From assembly GCA_025457615.1 (NCBI GenBank), contig JALOTZ010000003.1:81614-145613 (forward strand): a DNA stretch of 64,000 nt. The letters run 5' to 3'. The translations under genes and the position numbers were made by a program. This DNA is from Verrucomicrobiota bacterium. GTDB lineage: Bacteria; Verrucomicrobiota; Verrucomicrobiia; Limisphaerales; DSYF01. The notes under the pieces are model-generated. The model was not told the DNA's origin, did not search any database, and worked only from the letters and a program-made list of their open reading frames with translations. Below are positions 18,425 through 29,139 of this stretch, in pieces (positions within the stretch are counted from its first letter, which is position 1; the number at the start of each line of letters is the position of its first letter).

Positions 18425-19534
18425 TCAAACATTGAACTTGAAGTGCAGGACGTCGCCATCCTGGACGACGTAATCCTTGCCTTCCATGCGGTAAAGCCCC
18501 TTCTCCCGGGCCGCCGCAATGGACCCGCACTGGACCAGGTCCTGGTAGGCGACCGTCTCGGCTTTGATGAAGCCCCGCTCGAAATCGCTGTGGATGACCC
18601 CGGCGGCTTTCGGCGCCGTATCCCCGGCGTGGATGGTCCAGGCCCGCGCCTCCTTCTCGCTGGCGGTGAAAAAGGTGCGCAACCCGAGCAGGTGGTACGT
18701 GGCCCGGATGAGCTGGCCCGCCCCGGATTCCTTCACCCCCAGCTCGTCCAGGAACTGCCGGGCCTCTTCCGGCGGCAAGTCCACCAGGTCGCTCTCGATC
18801 TGCGCGCTGATCACCACGGTCTCGCAGGCGTGATGCGTCCGGGCATACTCGTCCACCTTCTGCACGTGCGGATTCCTCCCCGCCACCGCATCCGCGAGGT
18901 CCGCTTCCTTGACGTTGGCGGCAAAGATGGTGGGCTTGTCCGTCAGCAGGAAGAAGCCGCGGGACAACGCCCTGTCTTCCGGGGTGAGATGGAGTGTCAG
19001 GGCGGGTTTGCCCTGGTTCAGATGCGGTTCGAGTTTCTTGAGGACGGCCTCCTCCGCCAGGGCCGTCTTGTCCCCCCGCTTGGCCTCCTTGGCGGTCTTG
19101 TCCAGCCGCCGCTGAACGCCCTCCAGGTCGGCGAGCACCAGTTCCGTGACGATGGTTTCGATGTCGCGGACGGGGTCGATGGCCCCGGCCACATGGTGGA
19201 CATCGGGATCCTCGAAGCACCGCACCACCTGCACGATGGCGTCCACCTCGCGGATGTGGCTGAGAAACTTGTTGCCCAACCCTTCGCCCTGGGAAGCACC
19301 TTTGACCAGGCCGGCAATGTCCACGAACTCGATGGCGGCGGGAATGATCACCGGGGTCCGGGCAATCCGGGCCAACGGTTCAAGCCGGGCATCCGGCACC
19401 GTGACCACGCCCAGGTTGGGGTCAATGGTGCAGAACGGATAGTTCGCCGCTTCCGCCTTGCGGGTGCGGGTCACGGCGTTGAACAGCGTGGATTTGCCCA
19501 CGTTCGGCAGTCCCACGATTCCGGCGGTCAACAT
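18425..19534 (-). CDS. ychF: Redox-regulated ATPase YchF
   Basis: 369 aa: [16 protein letters not shown], a TGS-like C-terminus, HFKFNV. Confidence 0.95.
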   Translation of the reverse strand: MLTAGIVGLPNVGKSTLFNAVTRTRKAEAANYPFCTIDPNLGVVTVPDARLEPLARIARTPVIIPAAIEFVDIAGLVKGASQGEGLGNKFLSHIREVDAIVQVVRCFEDPDVHHVAGAIDPVRDIETIVTELVLADLEGVQRRLDKTAKEAKRGDKTALAEEAVLKKLEPHLNQGKPALTLHLTPEDRALSRGFFLLTDKPTIFAANVKEADLADAVAGRNPHVQKVDEYARTHHACETVVISAQIESDLVDLPPEEARQFLDELGVKESGAGQLIRATYHLLGLRTFFTASEKEARAWTIHAGDTAPKAAGVIHSDFERGFIKAETVAYQDLVQCGSIAAAREKGLYRMEGKDYVVQDGDVLHFKFNV

Positions 19535-19701
19535 AGGCCGGACAGGCTAGCAAAGAAGCGGTCGGTGGGAAGTGGAAACCGGGGCAGGCTCACCCGCAGT
19601 ACCCGCGATGAACCTCGTAACCGCCAGACGTCAGTCAGCGCCATGATCCCGAACTCGACACCGCCCTCAGCCATCCAGCCACCCTTCCGCTCTCGGAGCA
19701 G

Positions 19702-19753
19702 GAGATCAGCGCGGACTCACACCTGTCTGCGTGCCCCGCACAGGCAGGCGTCC
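19702..19753. repeat. REP-like ~50-nt imperfect hairpin, copy 1
   Basis: GAGATCAGCGCGGACTCACACCTGTCTGCGTGCCCCGCACAGGCAGGCGTCC is nearly identical to 59966-60016. Confidence 0.85.
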
Positions 19754-19766
19754 ACGGCTACGGGGT

Positions 19767-22298
19767 TCAGGGATTGCGCTTCAGTCCCAGTTCGCGGGCC
19801 AGCGCATCGAGCAAGGCGACGGAGCGGCTTTGGAGTTCGCGCTGCTGGCGGCGCACGAACACGATGATGAGCGGCGCCGTTGCCAGGAAGCCCAGGCTCC
19901 ACGGCCACCACGGATCCCGCAGCCCGATGGCCAGCAGTCCCAAAGCCAGTGTCGCCCAGAACAGGGCGTGCGACGGCAACGACCAGCGGGGCTTGAGCCT
20001 GCACCGCAGCACCGCCCAGCCGCCCCCCGAGGTTTCCAGAGCGGTGGTGACCTGCACGCTGCTCCATCGGCTGCCGTAAATCTCGACATCAAAGTCGCTC
20101 CACCCGATGTCCGATTTGCTCGGCCACCCTTCGGCGTCCAATCGGCGGATCAGCGCGCTCACAAACCCGATGCGGTCCAAGGGGTGATCGGAGGCATAGC
20201 GGACCTGCCCGAGGGACTGATGGCTGGCCAGCAGGGCGAGGGAATCCAGCGACTCGCCGGCCTGGGGGGCGCGTGCGGGCAGGGTGAACCGGCCCTGGTA
20301 TCGGGCCCAGCCGCGGACGATGGGTTGGAGCAGGAACAAGAGGGCCACCAGCGGACGGGACCACCACTGCCGCTTGTCCTGGGGCAGTGTGGCCTGCGCG
20401 CCAGCCAGTGCGCACAACGTCAAGGGCAGTGCCAGGGCCGCGATGGCCAGCGGCAGCAGGCCGCTCCAGTTGGCGGACAAGACCCAGAGCGGCAGGCAGA
20501 CCAGGATGTAATGCTCGATCGAGGTGCAAAGCATCAGGGTGCCCGCCGGTTCGGACGCGTACAACGTCTGGAACCACCCGCTGCCGAACGTGCCGCGATA
20601 GATGATGGAGCGCCGCATCAGGACCCCCAACTTCGACGTGCCGTAGATGCGTCCGCGCCACAGGCCGCCCCCGAACCGGTTGAAATACTCCGGATGCTTG
20701 CGCACCAGCAGCGCCTCGGCTTCCCCATACCCCTGTTGCTGCCCCAAGTACGCCATCACGCTCGATCGCCGGTAATGCCAGACAAAGGCGGCCGGACTGA
20801 AACCAATCCGCAACCCTGCCTGCTGCAGCCGCCAGCAGAGGTCCACATCATCCCCCGCCCGCGTGAACACCGGGTCGAATCCCCCCACCGCCTCGAGGGC
20901 GCTCTTGAAGAACGCCATGTTGCAGCCGGGGATGTGTTCCGCTTCCCGGTCGTTCAACATCACGTGCGCCGGCCCGCCCGGCGACACCATCACGGCCGTC
21001 GCCACCGCGGAATCCTCCGGCGGCAGCAGGTTGGGCCCGCCCATCGCCGCAAACCCGTCCTCGAACAGCGCGCTCACCAGGAAATACAGCCAGTCCTCGT
21101 CCACCCGACAATCCGCGTCCGTGAACGCCACCACCTCGCCTTGGGCCGCGGCGATGCCGGTGTTGCGCGCCGCCGACAATCCGGCGTTCACGGCGTGACG
21201 GATGACCCGCAGGTGCGGGAACGCGGCGGTGCCGTCCGCGCGCGCCTGCACCAACCGGGGGGTTTCGTCCGTGGACCCGTCGTCCACGAGGATGACTTCG
21301 AAATCGGGATAGTGGAGGCGTTCGAGGGATTCCAGGCACGTGCGCAGGGTTGGAGCGGCGTTGTAGCTGGCGACCACCACCGACACTTTCGGCGCGTGCG
21401 CCAGGGCGAAACGGGGCGCCTGTTGAAAGGTCTCGCGCACCCGGTCACAGGCCGGACGCGGCTGGCGATCGGCCGTGGTCAGCCCCATCTTCCAGTCCTC
21501 GATCCGCACGCCGTCCTTGTGCCATTCGTCGGTGAAACTGAACACCACCGTTCCCGCCAGCCCGGCGCGGCAGGCCAGCTCGATGGACCAGCCCAGGATC
21601 TCGGCCTGCCGCGTCTCGCCTTCGCGCAGGGAATCGATGCCAAACTCGCCCAGCACCAGCGGCCGGTTTTCGGCCAGCATCTGCAGCCGGGCCAGGTAAT
21701 TGCGAAACGCGGGCCGCTCGTGCAGGTAAACGTTGAAGCAGAGGAAATCCATCGCCGAAGCGCGCAGGAATTCGGTCGGAGGAAAATTGGCGAACGTGCA
21801 GAGTCCATCCGGATCGACCCGGCGCGCCGCGGCTGCGAGTTCATCGAGGAATCGCTCGACCCGGTGCGCCCCCGCCCAGCGAACGACATCGGGCGCGATT
21901 TCGTTGGCCAGACAGAATGCAAACACCGCAGGGTGACGTCCGCACGCAGCCACCGCCTTGCGCACGGTGTCCATGGCCCGGGTCCGTTCCTCCCTGGAAT
22001 CCAGGAACCAGAGTTGGTGAGTCCAGGGGATGCCCACCAGCAGCCACAATCCTTCCCCCTCGGCCAGGTCCAGCATCCAGCGGGGCGGGATTTCGTAAAC
22101 CCGGACCACATTGGCGCCCAGTTTCCGGATCTGGCGGAAATCAGCCAGCGTCTGTTCCGGCGGGAGGAAGCACTGCCCGGCCGGATTGGGCGCAAAGGGA
22201 CCGTAGGCGACGCCTTTGACGTGGAACTTGGCGTCCCCCAAGCGGAAGAATTTGCCGTCCACAGTCACCCGCAGCCGGCCTGAACCCTGAGCCGTCAT
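19767..22298 (-). CDS. Fusion protein: N-terminal TIM-barrel glycoside-hydrolase-like domain, family-2 glycosyltransferase, and a polytopic membrane C-terminus
   Basis: 843 aa. The N-terminus is GH2/GH5-like (KGVAYGPF...NVVRVYE...LANEI...EFG). The centre is GT2 (VSVVVASYNA...ILVDDGSTDET...TDADC). The last ~300 aa have multiple TM segments. Confidence 0.7.
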   Translation of the reverse strand: MTAQGSGRLRVTVDGKFFRLGDAKFHVKGVAYGPFAPNPAGQCFLPPEQTLADFRQIRKLGANVVRVYEIPPRWMLDLAEGEGLWLLVGIPWTHQLWFLDSREERTRAMDTVRKAVAACGRHPAVFAFCLANEIAPDVVRWAGAHRVERFLDELAAAARRVDPDGLCTFANFPPTEFLRASAMDFLCFNVYLHERPAFRNYLARLQMLAENRPLVLGEFGIDSLREGETRQAEILGWSIELACRAGLAGTVVFSFTDEWHKDGVRIEDWKMGLTTADRQPRPACDRVRETFQQAPRFALAHAPKVSVVVASYNAAPTLRTCLESLERLHYPDFEVILVDDGSTDETPRLVQARADGTAAFPHLRVIRHAVNAGLSAARNTGIAAAQGEVVAFTDADCRVDEDWLYFLVSALFEDGFAAMGGPNLLPPEDSAVATAVMVSPGGPAHVMLNDREAEHIPGCNMAFFKSALEAVGGFDPVFTRAGDDVDLCWRLQQAGLRIGFSPAAFVWHYRRSSVMAYLGQQQGYGEAEALLVRKHPEYFNRFGGGLWRGRIYGTSKLGVLMRRSIIYRGTFGSGWFQTLYASEPAGTLMLCTSIEHYILVCLPLWVLSANWSGLLPLAIAALALPLTLCALAGAQATLPQDKRQWWSRPLVALLFLLQPIVRGWARYQGRFTLPARAPQAGESLDSLALLASHQSLGQVRYASDHPLDRIGFVSALIRRLDAEGWPSKSDIGWSDFDVEIYGSRWSSVQVTTALETSGGGWAVLRCRLKPRWSLPSHALFWATLALGLLAIGLRDPWWPWSLGFLATAPLIIVFVRRQQRELQSRSVALLDALARELGLKRNP

Positions 22299-22442
22299 GG
22301 CCGTTGGACGTTTGTGTTGCGCGCTTTAGTCACCTCGATTTCCCATGCCTGGATCGTTTCTCGAATGTGCCTTTCGTTGTCGGCAGGCCGCGACGCAGCG
22401 AGGCCCTGCCTGTCCGGGAATGTGTCCTGACCCTCCGCCTGG

Positions 22443-23699
22443 TCACGTGGAGGTCCCCGATCCGAGGACCACGGCGCAATTGGTGCCGCCGAAGGCAAAA
22501 CTGTTTTTCAGCGCGACCCGGGTGGTTTGCTTCAACGGTTCGCCTCGCACAAAGTGCAACGGGCAGCGCGGATCGGGATGATCGAGATTGCGGCAGGGCG
22601 GCAGGATTCCTTTCTGCATGGCCAGCACGGTGACGGCCAGTTCCACCCCCGCCGTGGCCCCCATCAGGTGGCCCAGTTGCGCTTTGGTGTTGGAAACCGG
22701 GATGCGCCCCACCTCGGCGCCCAGGATTTCCAGGAGCGTGGCCGATTCCACCTGGTCCGCCATCTGGGTGGCCGTGCCGTGGGCGTTGACATAATCGATC
22801 TGGACCGGCGACACCCCGGCCATCTCGAGCGCTTTCCGGACCGCGCGCACCTGGCCGGCGCTGTCCGGCTGCACGATATGTTTGGCGTCGCTCGACAACC
22901 CCGCGCCGAGGACCTCGGCGAGGATGTGGGCGCGCCGTTGTTGGGCGGATTCCAAGGTTTCGAGCACGAAGGCCGCGGCGCCCTCGCCCATCACCAAACC
23001 GTCCCGGTCGCGATCGAACGGACGACAGGCGCGGACGGGATCCGGATTGCGGGAGAGCACGCCCAGACGATTCCAGGCGCCGAAGGTGGCGCGGTCGAGC
23101 CCATGGTCGGCGCAGGCGGCCACCGCACACTCGGCGAGGCCGAACCGGATGCGCTGGAAGGCTTCGGTCAGGGCGATGGACCCGGTGGCGCAAGCCGAGC
23201 AGACCACGAAGCAGCCGCCGGTCAGGTTGAACCGAATGGAGGTGATGTTGGCCGGGCGGTTGAACATCAGGCGCACGACCGTGGTCGGGCGGAGCTTGCG
23301 GTAGCCCTGGCTGTAGAAGACATGGGCTGACTCGTTTTGGAAGCTGCTGTTCCCGTGCCCGGTGCCGAAGATCAGGTCGTGGGGCAGCGGCGTTTTCCCG
23401 TCCGCCGGAAGGCCGGCATGGTTCAACGCCGCCGCCACCGCGACGAGCCCCAGTTGATTGGCCCGGTCCGAATCCTCCACCTGCCAGTGTTCCATCGCGG
23501 CGTTCAGGCGTTGATCCTCGATGCGCCCGGCGATCTTCGTGGGCAGGCGATCCTCGTCCGAATACTCGGCCAACCGGTGAATGCCGGACTCGCCGGCCAG
23601 CAACCGGCGCCAGAACTCCTCGAGCTCGAACCCGAGCGCCGTGGCCACACTCATCCCGGTGATGACCACGCGACGGGGAACAAGCGGCACGGCACTCAT
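22443..23699 (-). CDS. Beta-ketoacyl-ACP synthase II-like (elongating KAS, Cys-His-His)
   Basis: 418 aa: VVITGMS, CSACATGS, VNAHGTAT, KAQLGHLMGATAG, FAFGGTN. Confidence 0.85.
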   Translation of the reverse strand: MSAVPLVPRRVVITGMSVATALGFELEEFWRRLLAGESGIHRLAEYSDEDRLPTKIAGRIEDQRLNAAMEHWQVEDSDRANQLGLVAVAAALNHAGLPADGKTPLPHDLIFGTGHGNSSFQNESAHVFYSQGYRKLRPTTVVRLMFNRPANITSIRFNLTGGCFVVCSACATGSIALTEAFQRIRFGLAECAVAACADHGLDRATFGAWNRLGVLSRNPDPVRACRPFDRDRDGLVMGEGAAAFVLETLESAQQRRAHILAEVLGAGLSSDAKHIVQPDSAGQVRAVRKALEMAGVSPVQIDYVNAHGTATQMADQVESATLLEILGAEVGRIPVSNTKAQLGHLMGATAGVELAVTVLAMQKGILPPCRNLDHPDPRCPLHFVRGEPLKQTTRVALKNSFAFGGTNCAVVLGSGTST

Positions 23700-23700
23700 G

Positions 23701-24762
23701 TCAGGAAACCAGACCCAAACGCCGCAGGGCGTCCAGGTGGTGCAGCCCGTCCATGATCGTCCGATACGGCAATCCGAAATCGATCAGGCAGGCGATCTCG
23801 TCCACCCCGGCCGCCTGCACCGCTTCGACCATGCGGGCGCAGGATTCCACCGAACCCATCAGGGCGGTTTGTTGATAGTAACGCTCGAAGGCGAACTCGA
23901 GCATGTCCGCCTTCTTGCGGGCGGGCAGATCCTTGAGCCGGGCGTCACCCACCTGCCACAGATCGGCCGAGCTTTCCAGGTAACGCTTGAACGGCTCACG
24001 CACGGTTTCCTTGGCCGCGGCTTCGTCGGGTCCTACGTAGGCATGGAGCATGAGCGTGACCCGCCCGGGACCGGCCTGGCCGGCCGCGCGGCGCGCCTCC
24101 CGATAGGACGCCACCTTGGGGGCCAGCTCGTCCACCCGCTGAAAGAGCAGCGCGGTGACGATGTTGAATCCGGCCCGGCCGGCTTCCTGGAACCGTTCCG
24201 GGCCACCCGAGCAGGTGAACCAGACATTCAGTTCCGGCTGGAGCGGCAGCGGATGCACGCGCAGGGACACGCGCCGCCCTTCGCCGTTGTCCCCTTCGTA
24301 GGGTTCGCCCCGCCAGAGTTTGCGCACCGCCTCGATGCCGTCCACGGTCAGGCGGTTGCGATCGCCCCAGTGGCTTGGCGCGATCACGAAATCGTTCGGG
24401 TTCCAGCCCCGCGCAAAACCCAGGTCCACCCGGCCATTCGAGAGATTGTCCACCACCGCCCATTCCTCGGCCACCCGGATGGGGTGATGCAGGGGCATGA
24501 CGACGCTGCCGGCGCGGATGCGAATGCGTCGGGTGGATTCGGCCAGCACCACGGCCATCAGCGCCGGGTTGGGGAAGATGCCGCCAAACGCGTGGAAGTG
24601 GCGCTCGGGAATCCACACCGCCTCGAAGTCGTGCTCGTCCGCAAACCGCGAGCTGGCGCGGAACAGGTCGAACTTGCCGGTCTCGGCCTCCGCGGGCGCG
24701 TTGGCGAAGAACAACAGGCTGAACGTCGGCCAGGCTGAACGTGCGGTCGGGCTTTCCATCAT
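23701..24762 (-). CDS. Luciferase-like FMN-dependent monooxygenase (LLM), MupA/Atu3671-like subfamily
   Basis: ORF 23701..24804, with a probable start at MMESPT. It contains FSLLFF...FDLFRASSRFADEHDFEAVWIPERHFHAFGG...GRVDLGFARGW. Its stop lies 1 nt before the KAS start. Confidence 0.7.
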   Translation of the reverse strand: MMESPTARSAWPTFSLLFFANAPAEAETGKFDLFRASSRFADEHDFEAVWIPERHFHAFGGIFPNPALMAVVLAESTRRIRIRAGSVVMPLHHPIRVAEEWAVVDNLSNGRVDLGFARGWNPNDFVIAPSHWGDRNRLTVDGIEAVRKLWRGEPYEGDNGEGRRVSLRVHPLPLQPELNVWFTCSGGPERFQEAGRAGFNIVTALLFQRVDELAPKVASYREARRAAGQAGPGRVTLMLHAYVGPDEAAAKETVREPFKRYLESSADLWQVGDARLKDLPARKKADMLEFAFERYYQQTALMGSVESCARMVEAVQAAGVDEIACLIDFGLPYRTIMDGLHHLDALRRLGLVS

Positions 24763-24939
24763 TGTCGGCGCCCCAGATGTAGGGGGCTGCGAGCCGGCGC
24801 GCAATCTTTTCGACGGTGTGAGGCGGCGAACGGGCGCAGCTTGGGACGGCCACGCCCGCGGACTTGGCCAGGAGGGGGAACGGCGGACGGGGTCGGGTCC
24901 TCACCGCGGGTTTACACCGGGCCGGGGCGCTGATAGAAC

Positions 24940-25764
<825 letters not shown>

Positions 25765-25765
25765 C

Positions 25766-26293
25766 ATGCCCCCCCTTTCCCTCAAGAACCGTCTCCGGCG
25801 CGTGCGGTTGCTGTTGTGCGACGTGGACGGGGTGATGACCGACGGCTCCGTGTTCATGGGGCCCGGCGGCGAGTTCAAACAGTACAACATCCCCGACGGG
25901 CTCGGCCTGCTGTTGGTGCGCCGGAGCGGGATCCGGGTGGGCTGGGTTTCCGCCCGACCGTCCGAAGCCACGCGGGTTCGGGCCCGGGACCTGAAGATCG
26001 ACTTCTTGTTGCAGCCGACGGATGGGAAGGTGCCGGCGACGGAGACCTTGCTGCGCAAGCTGGGAATGAAGTGGGAGGCGGTCTGTTTCGTCGGAGATGA
26101 TGTGTTGGATCTGGGAATGCTCCGGCGGGCCGGGTTGGCCATCGCTCCGGCCAACGGCGTGCCGGAAGCCCGGGCGCTGGCGCATCATGTCACCCGCGCC
26201 CGGGGCGGGCACGGCGCGGTGCGTGAAGTGTGCGAACTGATCCTCAAGGCCCAGGGGAAATGGGAGGCCATCGTTGCCAGGCATGCGGACTAA
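25766..26293 (+). CDS. kdsC: KDO 8-phosphate phosphatase (HAD-IIIA)
   Basis: 175 aa: LLLCDVDGVMTDG, DGLGL, GDDVLD. Confidence 0.85.
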   Translation: MPPLSLKNRLRRVRLLLCDVDGVMTDGSVFMGPGGEFKQYNIPDGLGLLLVRRSGIRVGWVSARPSEATRVRARDLKIDFLLQPTDGKVPATETLLRKLGMKWEAVCFVGDDVLDLGMLRRAGLAIAPANGVPEARALAHHVTRARGGHGAVREVCELILKAQGKWEAIVARHAD

Positions 26294-26297
26294 ACCC

Positions 26298-26759
26298 ATG
26301 TTCAAGACCAAGCTCCGGATGGCCGGAGCCGCGCTGAGAGCCGGCTGGGTGCTGGTCGGACTCGGCGGCCTGGCGCAACCCTTGCCCCTCGGCCAGTTCC
26401 GCGATTTCAGCTTGCCCGCTTATTATGACGCGCCGCACGAAACCCGGATGAAATCCCTGCTGGAGGGGCGCGAGGCCGTGCCCCAGCCGGGGGGAAAGAT
26501 GCTGATCCGGAACCTGACCTTGCGAACCTTTCGCGAGGATGGCGCCGGGCAATTCGTGTTGCGCGCCCAGGATTGCCTGTACGACTCCGAGCGGCGCGCC
26601 GCAGCCTCGGCCGGGCCGCTGGAACTGAGCACCGTCGATGGACGCTTTTTCACCGAGGGGGAGGGTTTCCTGTGGCAGGAAGCCGGAGCCACCCTCCTGG
26701 TGTCCAACCGGGTGCATACCGTGATCCGTCGCGCCCCAGCCGTCACACCGAACCCATGA
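26298..26759 (+). CDS. lptC: LptC-like LPS export protein (tentative)
   Basis: The start MFKTKL follows the kdsC stop. It has an N-terminal TM anchor and a beta-rich body. Its position between kdsC and lptA matches the canonical order. Confidence 0.5.
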   Translation: MFKTKLRMAGAALRAGWVLVGLGGLAQPLPLGQFRDFSLPAYYDAPHETRMKSLLEGREAVPQPGGKMLIRNLTLRTFREDGAGQFVLRAQDCLYDSERRAAASAGPLELSTVDGRFFTEGEGFLWQEAGATLLVSNRVHTVIRRAPAVTPNP

Positions 26760-27388
26760 GAATCATCGTCCATTCCCTGCTGGCCCTGGGCGGCGCCGCC
26801 CTGACGTTCGCGCAGGTGTCCAGCGCGTCATCGGACCCGTCCGCCGACGCGCCGGTTGCAGAATCGTCCGGTCCAGTCGCGGGCATCCCCGGGCCCGCGA
26901 CCTTCGAGACCCACATCTATTCCGACAGTGTCGAGCTGGGCATCAAGACGCGCTCGGCGGTCTATCGAGGCCATGTCCGGCTGGAGGATCCGCGCCTGTT
27001 CCTGACCTGCGAGGAATTGACCGCCGACGTGCCCGAGGAAGGCAGCCGGGTGGAGCGGGTGGTGGCGAGAACCAATGTGGTGGTGGTGCTCGTCGATGAG
27101 CAGGGCCGGACCAACCGCGCCTATGCGGACCAAACGGTTTACACATACCGCGTCAGCGAATCCGGCACCAACGAGCTGGTGGAATTCACGGGCCATCCCA
27201 ACCCGCGGATTGAGCGGCAGGAAGGAACCCTCTACGGTGACGTCATCATTTGGGACCGGACCCGGAACCAGATCCGGGCGACCAACCAGCGCATGATTTA
27301 CCGGGTGGACCCGGCCACCAACGCTCCGCCGGGTGCGCCGGCGGATTCCAATGCCCCGGCCGGGGACAAGGCCATACGGCATGAATGA
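26756..27388 (+). CDS. lptA: LptA/OstA-N-like periplasmic LPS transport protein
   Basis: Start MRIIVHSLLALGGAALTFAQ (a signal peptide), inside ORF 26573..27388. It has an OstA_N-like repeat pattern and overlaps lptB by 8 nt. Confidence 0.6.
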   Translation: MRIIVHSLLALGGAALTFAQVSSASSDPSADAPVAESSGPVAGIPGPATFETHIYSDSVELGIKTRSAVYRGHVRLEDPRLFLTCEELTADVPEEGSRVERVVARTNVVVVLVDEQGRTNRAYADQTVYTYRVSESGTNELVEFTGHPNPRIERQEGTLYGDVIIWDRTRNQIRATNQRMIYRVDPATNAPPGAPADSNAPAGDKAIRHE

Positions 27389-28148
27389 AGTTCAGGCAAC
27401 CGGGACGACGGCGGAGGGAACCAACGGCGCTCTGCTGACCACGGAGCAGTTGGTGAAGGAATACCGCGGACGGCGGGTGGTCAACGGGGTGTCCATCCGG
27501 GTGTCTCCCGGCGAGATCGTCGGGCTCATGGGGCCGAATGGCGCGGGCAAGACCACCACGTTCAACATGGTCGTGGGTGTGGTGCGCCCGGACGAAGGGG
27601 GCGTGCATTTCGACGGACACGAGATCACGCGGCTGCCCATGCACCAGCGGGCCCGGCGGGGCATGGGCTATCTGACCCAGGAACCCTCGGTCTTTCGCAA
27701 GTTGACCGTCGAGCAAAACCTGCTGGCCATCCTCGAAACCTGCAAGATGGGCCGGCTGGAGCGGGACATCCGCCTCCAAAGCCTGCTGGAGGAACTGGAC
27801 TTGGGCGGGCTGGCCCACAGCCTGGCTTACACCCTCAGCGGGGGCGAGAAGCGCCGCCTCGAAATCACCCGCGCGCTCGTCACCAGCCCGCGACTGTTGC
27901 TCCTGGATGAACCCTTCGCCGGGATCGACCCCATCGCCGTTTACGAGGTGCAGAAGATTGTCCGGCGGTTGCGTGAGCGCGGGTTGGGCATCCTGGTCAC
28001 CGACCACAACGTGCGCGAAATGCTCAAGCTGATCGACCGCGGTTATATCATCCACAAGGGCGAGGTGCTTTGCGAAGGCTCGGCGGAGTTCCTGGCCCAG
28101 GATCCCAAGGCGCGCGAAATCTATCTGGGCCCGGAGTTCAACATGTGA
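27381..28148 (+). CDS. lptB: LPS export ABC transporter ATP-binding protein
   Basis: Start MNEVQ. Motifs are GPNGAGKTT, LSGGEKRRLEITRAL and LLLDEPF. Confidence 0.9.
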   Translation: MNEVQATGTTAEGTNGALLTTEQLVKEYRGRRVVNGVSIRVSPGEIVGLMGPNGAGKTTTFNMVVGVVRPDEGGVHFDGHEITRLPMHQRARRGMGYLTQEPSVFRKLTVEQNLLAILETCKMGRLERDIRLQSLLEELDLGGLAHSLAYTLSGGEKRRLEITRALVTSPRLLLLDEPFAGIDPIAVYEVQKIVRRLRERGLGILVTDHNVREMLKLIDRGYIIHKGEVLCEGSAEFLAQDPKAREIYLGPEFNM

Positions 28149-28185
28149 AAGGCCGCCCCCGGCGCGGCCAGCGAGGAACCTGAAC

Positions 28186-29139
28186 ATGCCCATGCTCAAA
28201 CACGACCCGGTCACCGTCCAATCGTTCCATGACAGCCACGGCCAGGAATTGCAGCTCAAGGTGCTGTCCGATTCCGGCGGAATGGCGCGCGTCATTCGCG
28301 AGCCCACCGTCAACCGGCCCGGACTGGGGTTGACCGGGTTCACCCGGTACTTTGCCTACAAGCGCGTGCAGGTCATCGGCAATGCGGAAGCCTTCTACCT
28401 CAAATCGTTGCCCCCCGAGGAACTGCCGCAGCACCTCAAGGCCTTCTTTTCCTTCCGCATCCCGTGCGTGGTGTTCAGCCGCGGACTGCAACCGCCTCAC
28501 TTGTTTCTGGAGACGGCGCAAAGGGCGGAGGTGCCGGTGTTCCAATCTCCCCTGGTCACCATGAAGTTCATCAACCAGGCCACGCTGGCCCTCGAGTCCA
28601 TGTTCGCGCCGCGGGCCACCGAAATGGGCAGCATGGTGGACATCCTGGGGGTGGGCGTGATCATCAAGGGCGAAAGCGGCATCGGCAAAAGCGAGAGCGT
28701 GCTGGCGCTGATCGAGCGCGGCTACAGCCTGGTGGCCGACGACGTCACCAAGGTGAGCCTGGTGGACGGCAAGGATGTCCTGGGCACCAGCTCGGAAATC
28801 ACCCGGGACCACATGGAGGTGCGCGGCATCGGCATCATCAATGTCGCCTCCATGTTCGGGGTCCGCAGCATCCGCCGCCAGAAACGTGTGGACCTGGTGG
28901 TCACCCTCAAGGTCTGGGAGCATGTCGAGGACATCGACCGGGTGGGGATGGACCAGGAGTTCATCAAGATCCTGGGGCAGGACATCCCCCACATGACCAT
29001 CCCCGTGCGCCCCGGGCGCGATCTGGCCCGCCTGATCGAGGTGGCGGCGCTTCACGTCAAGCTCCAGAGCTCCGGCTACAACGCCGCCCGGGACTTGAAC
29101 GAACGCCTGCTCCAGCACATGAGCCGGAGCGAGGATTAG
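28186..29139 (+). CDS. hprK: HPr kinase/phosphorylase
   Basis: 317 aa: GESGIGKSE, MEVRGIGIINV. Confidence 0.9.
   Translation: MPMLKHDPVTVQSFHDSHGQELQLKVLSDSGGMARVIREPTVNRPGLGLTGFTRYFAYKRVQVIGNAEAFYLKSLPPEELPQHLKAFFSFRIPCVVFSRGLQPPHLFLETAQRAEVPVFQSPLVTMKFINQATLALESMFAPRATEMGSMVDILGVGVIIKGESGIGKSESVLALIERGYSLVADDVTKVSLVDGKDVLGTSSEITRDHMEVRGIGIINVASMFGVRSIRRQKRVDLVVTLKVWEHVEDIDRVGMDQEFIKILGQDIPHMTIPVRPGRDLARLIEVAALHVKLQSSGYNAARDLNERLLQHMSRSED

Noticed and set aside
16976-19867. 963-aa ORF on the plus strand
   Set aside because: It is antisense to sufD and ychF, both of which carry unmistakable motifs. Its composition is rich in R, G, H, Q and P with no recognisable domain. Long stop-free antisense frames are expected at this GC content.
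19731-22283. 850-aa plus-strand ORF, together with the similar long ORFs 41006..43690(-), 45817..47562(-), 51873..53783(-), 55155..57131(+), 11316..13127(-) and 13112..14194(-)
   Set aside because: Each mirrors a gene on the opposite strand that has clear family motifs (GT2 fusion, GH42, U32, Kup, CstA, LysR, RF2). I treat them as GC-driven shadow ORFs.
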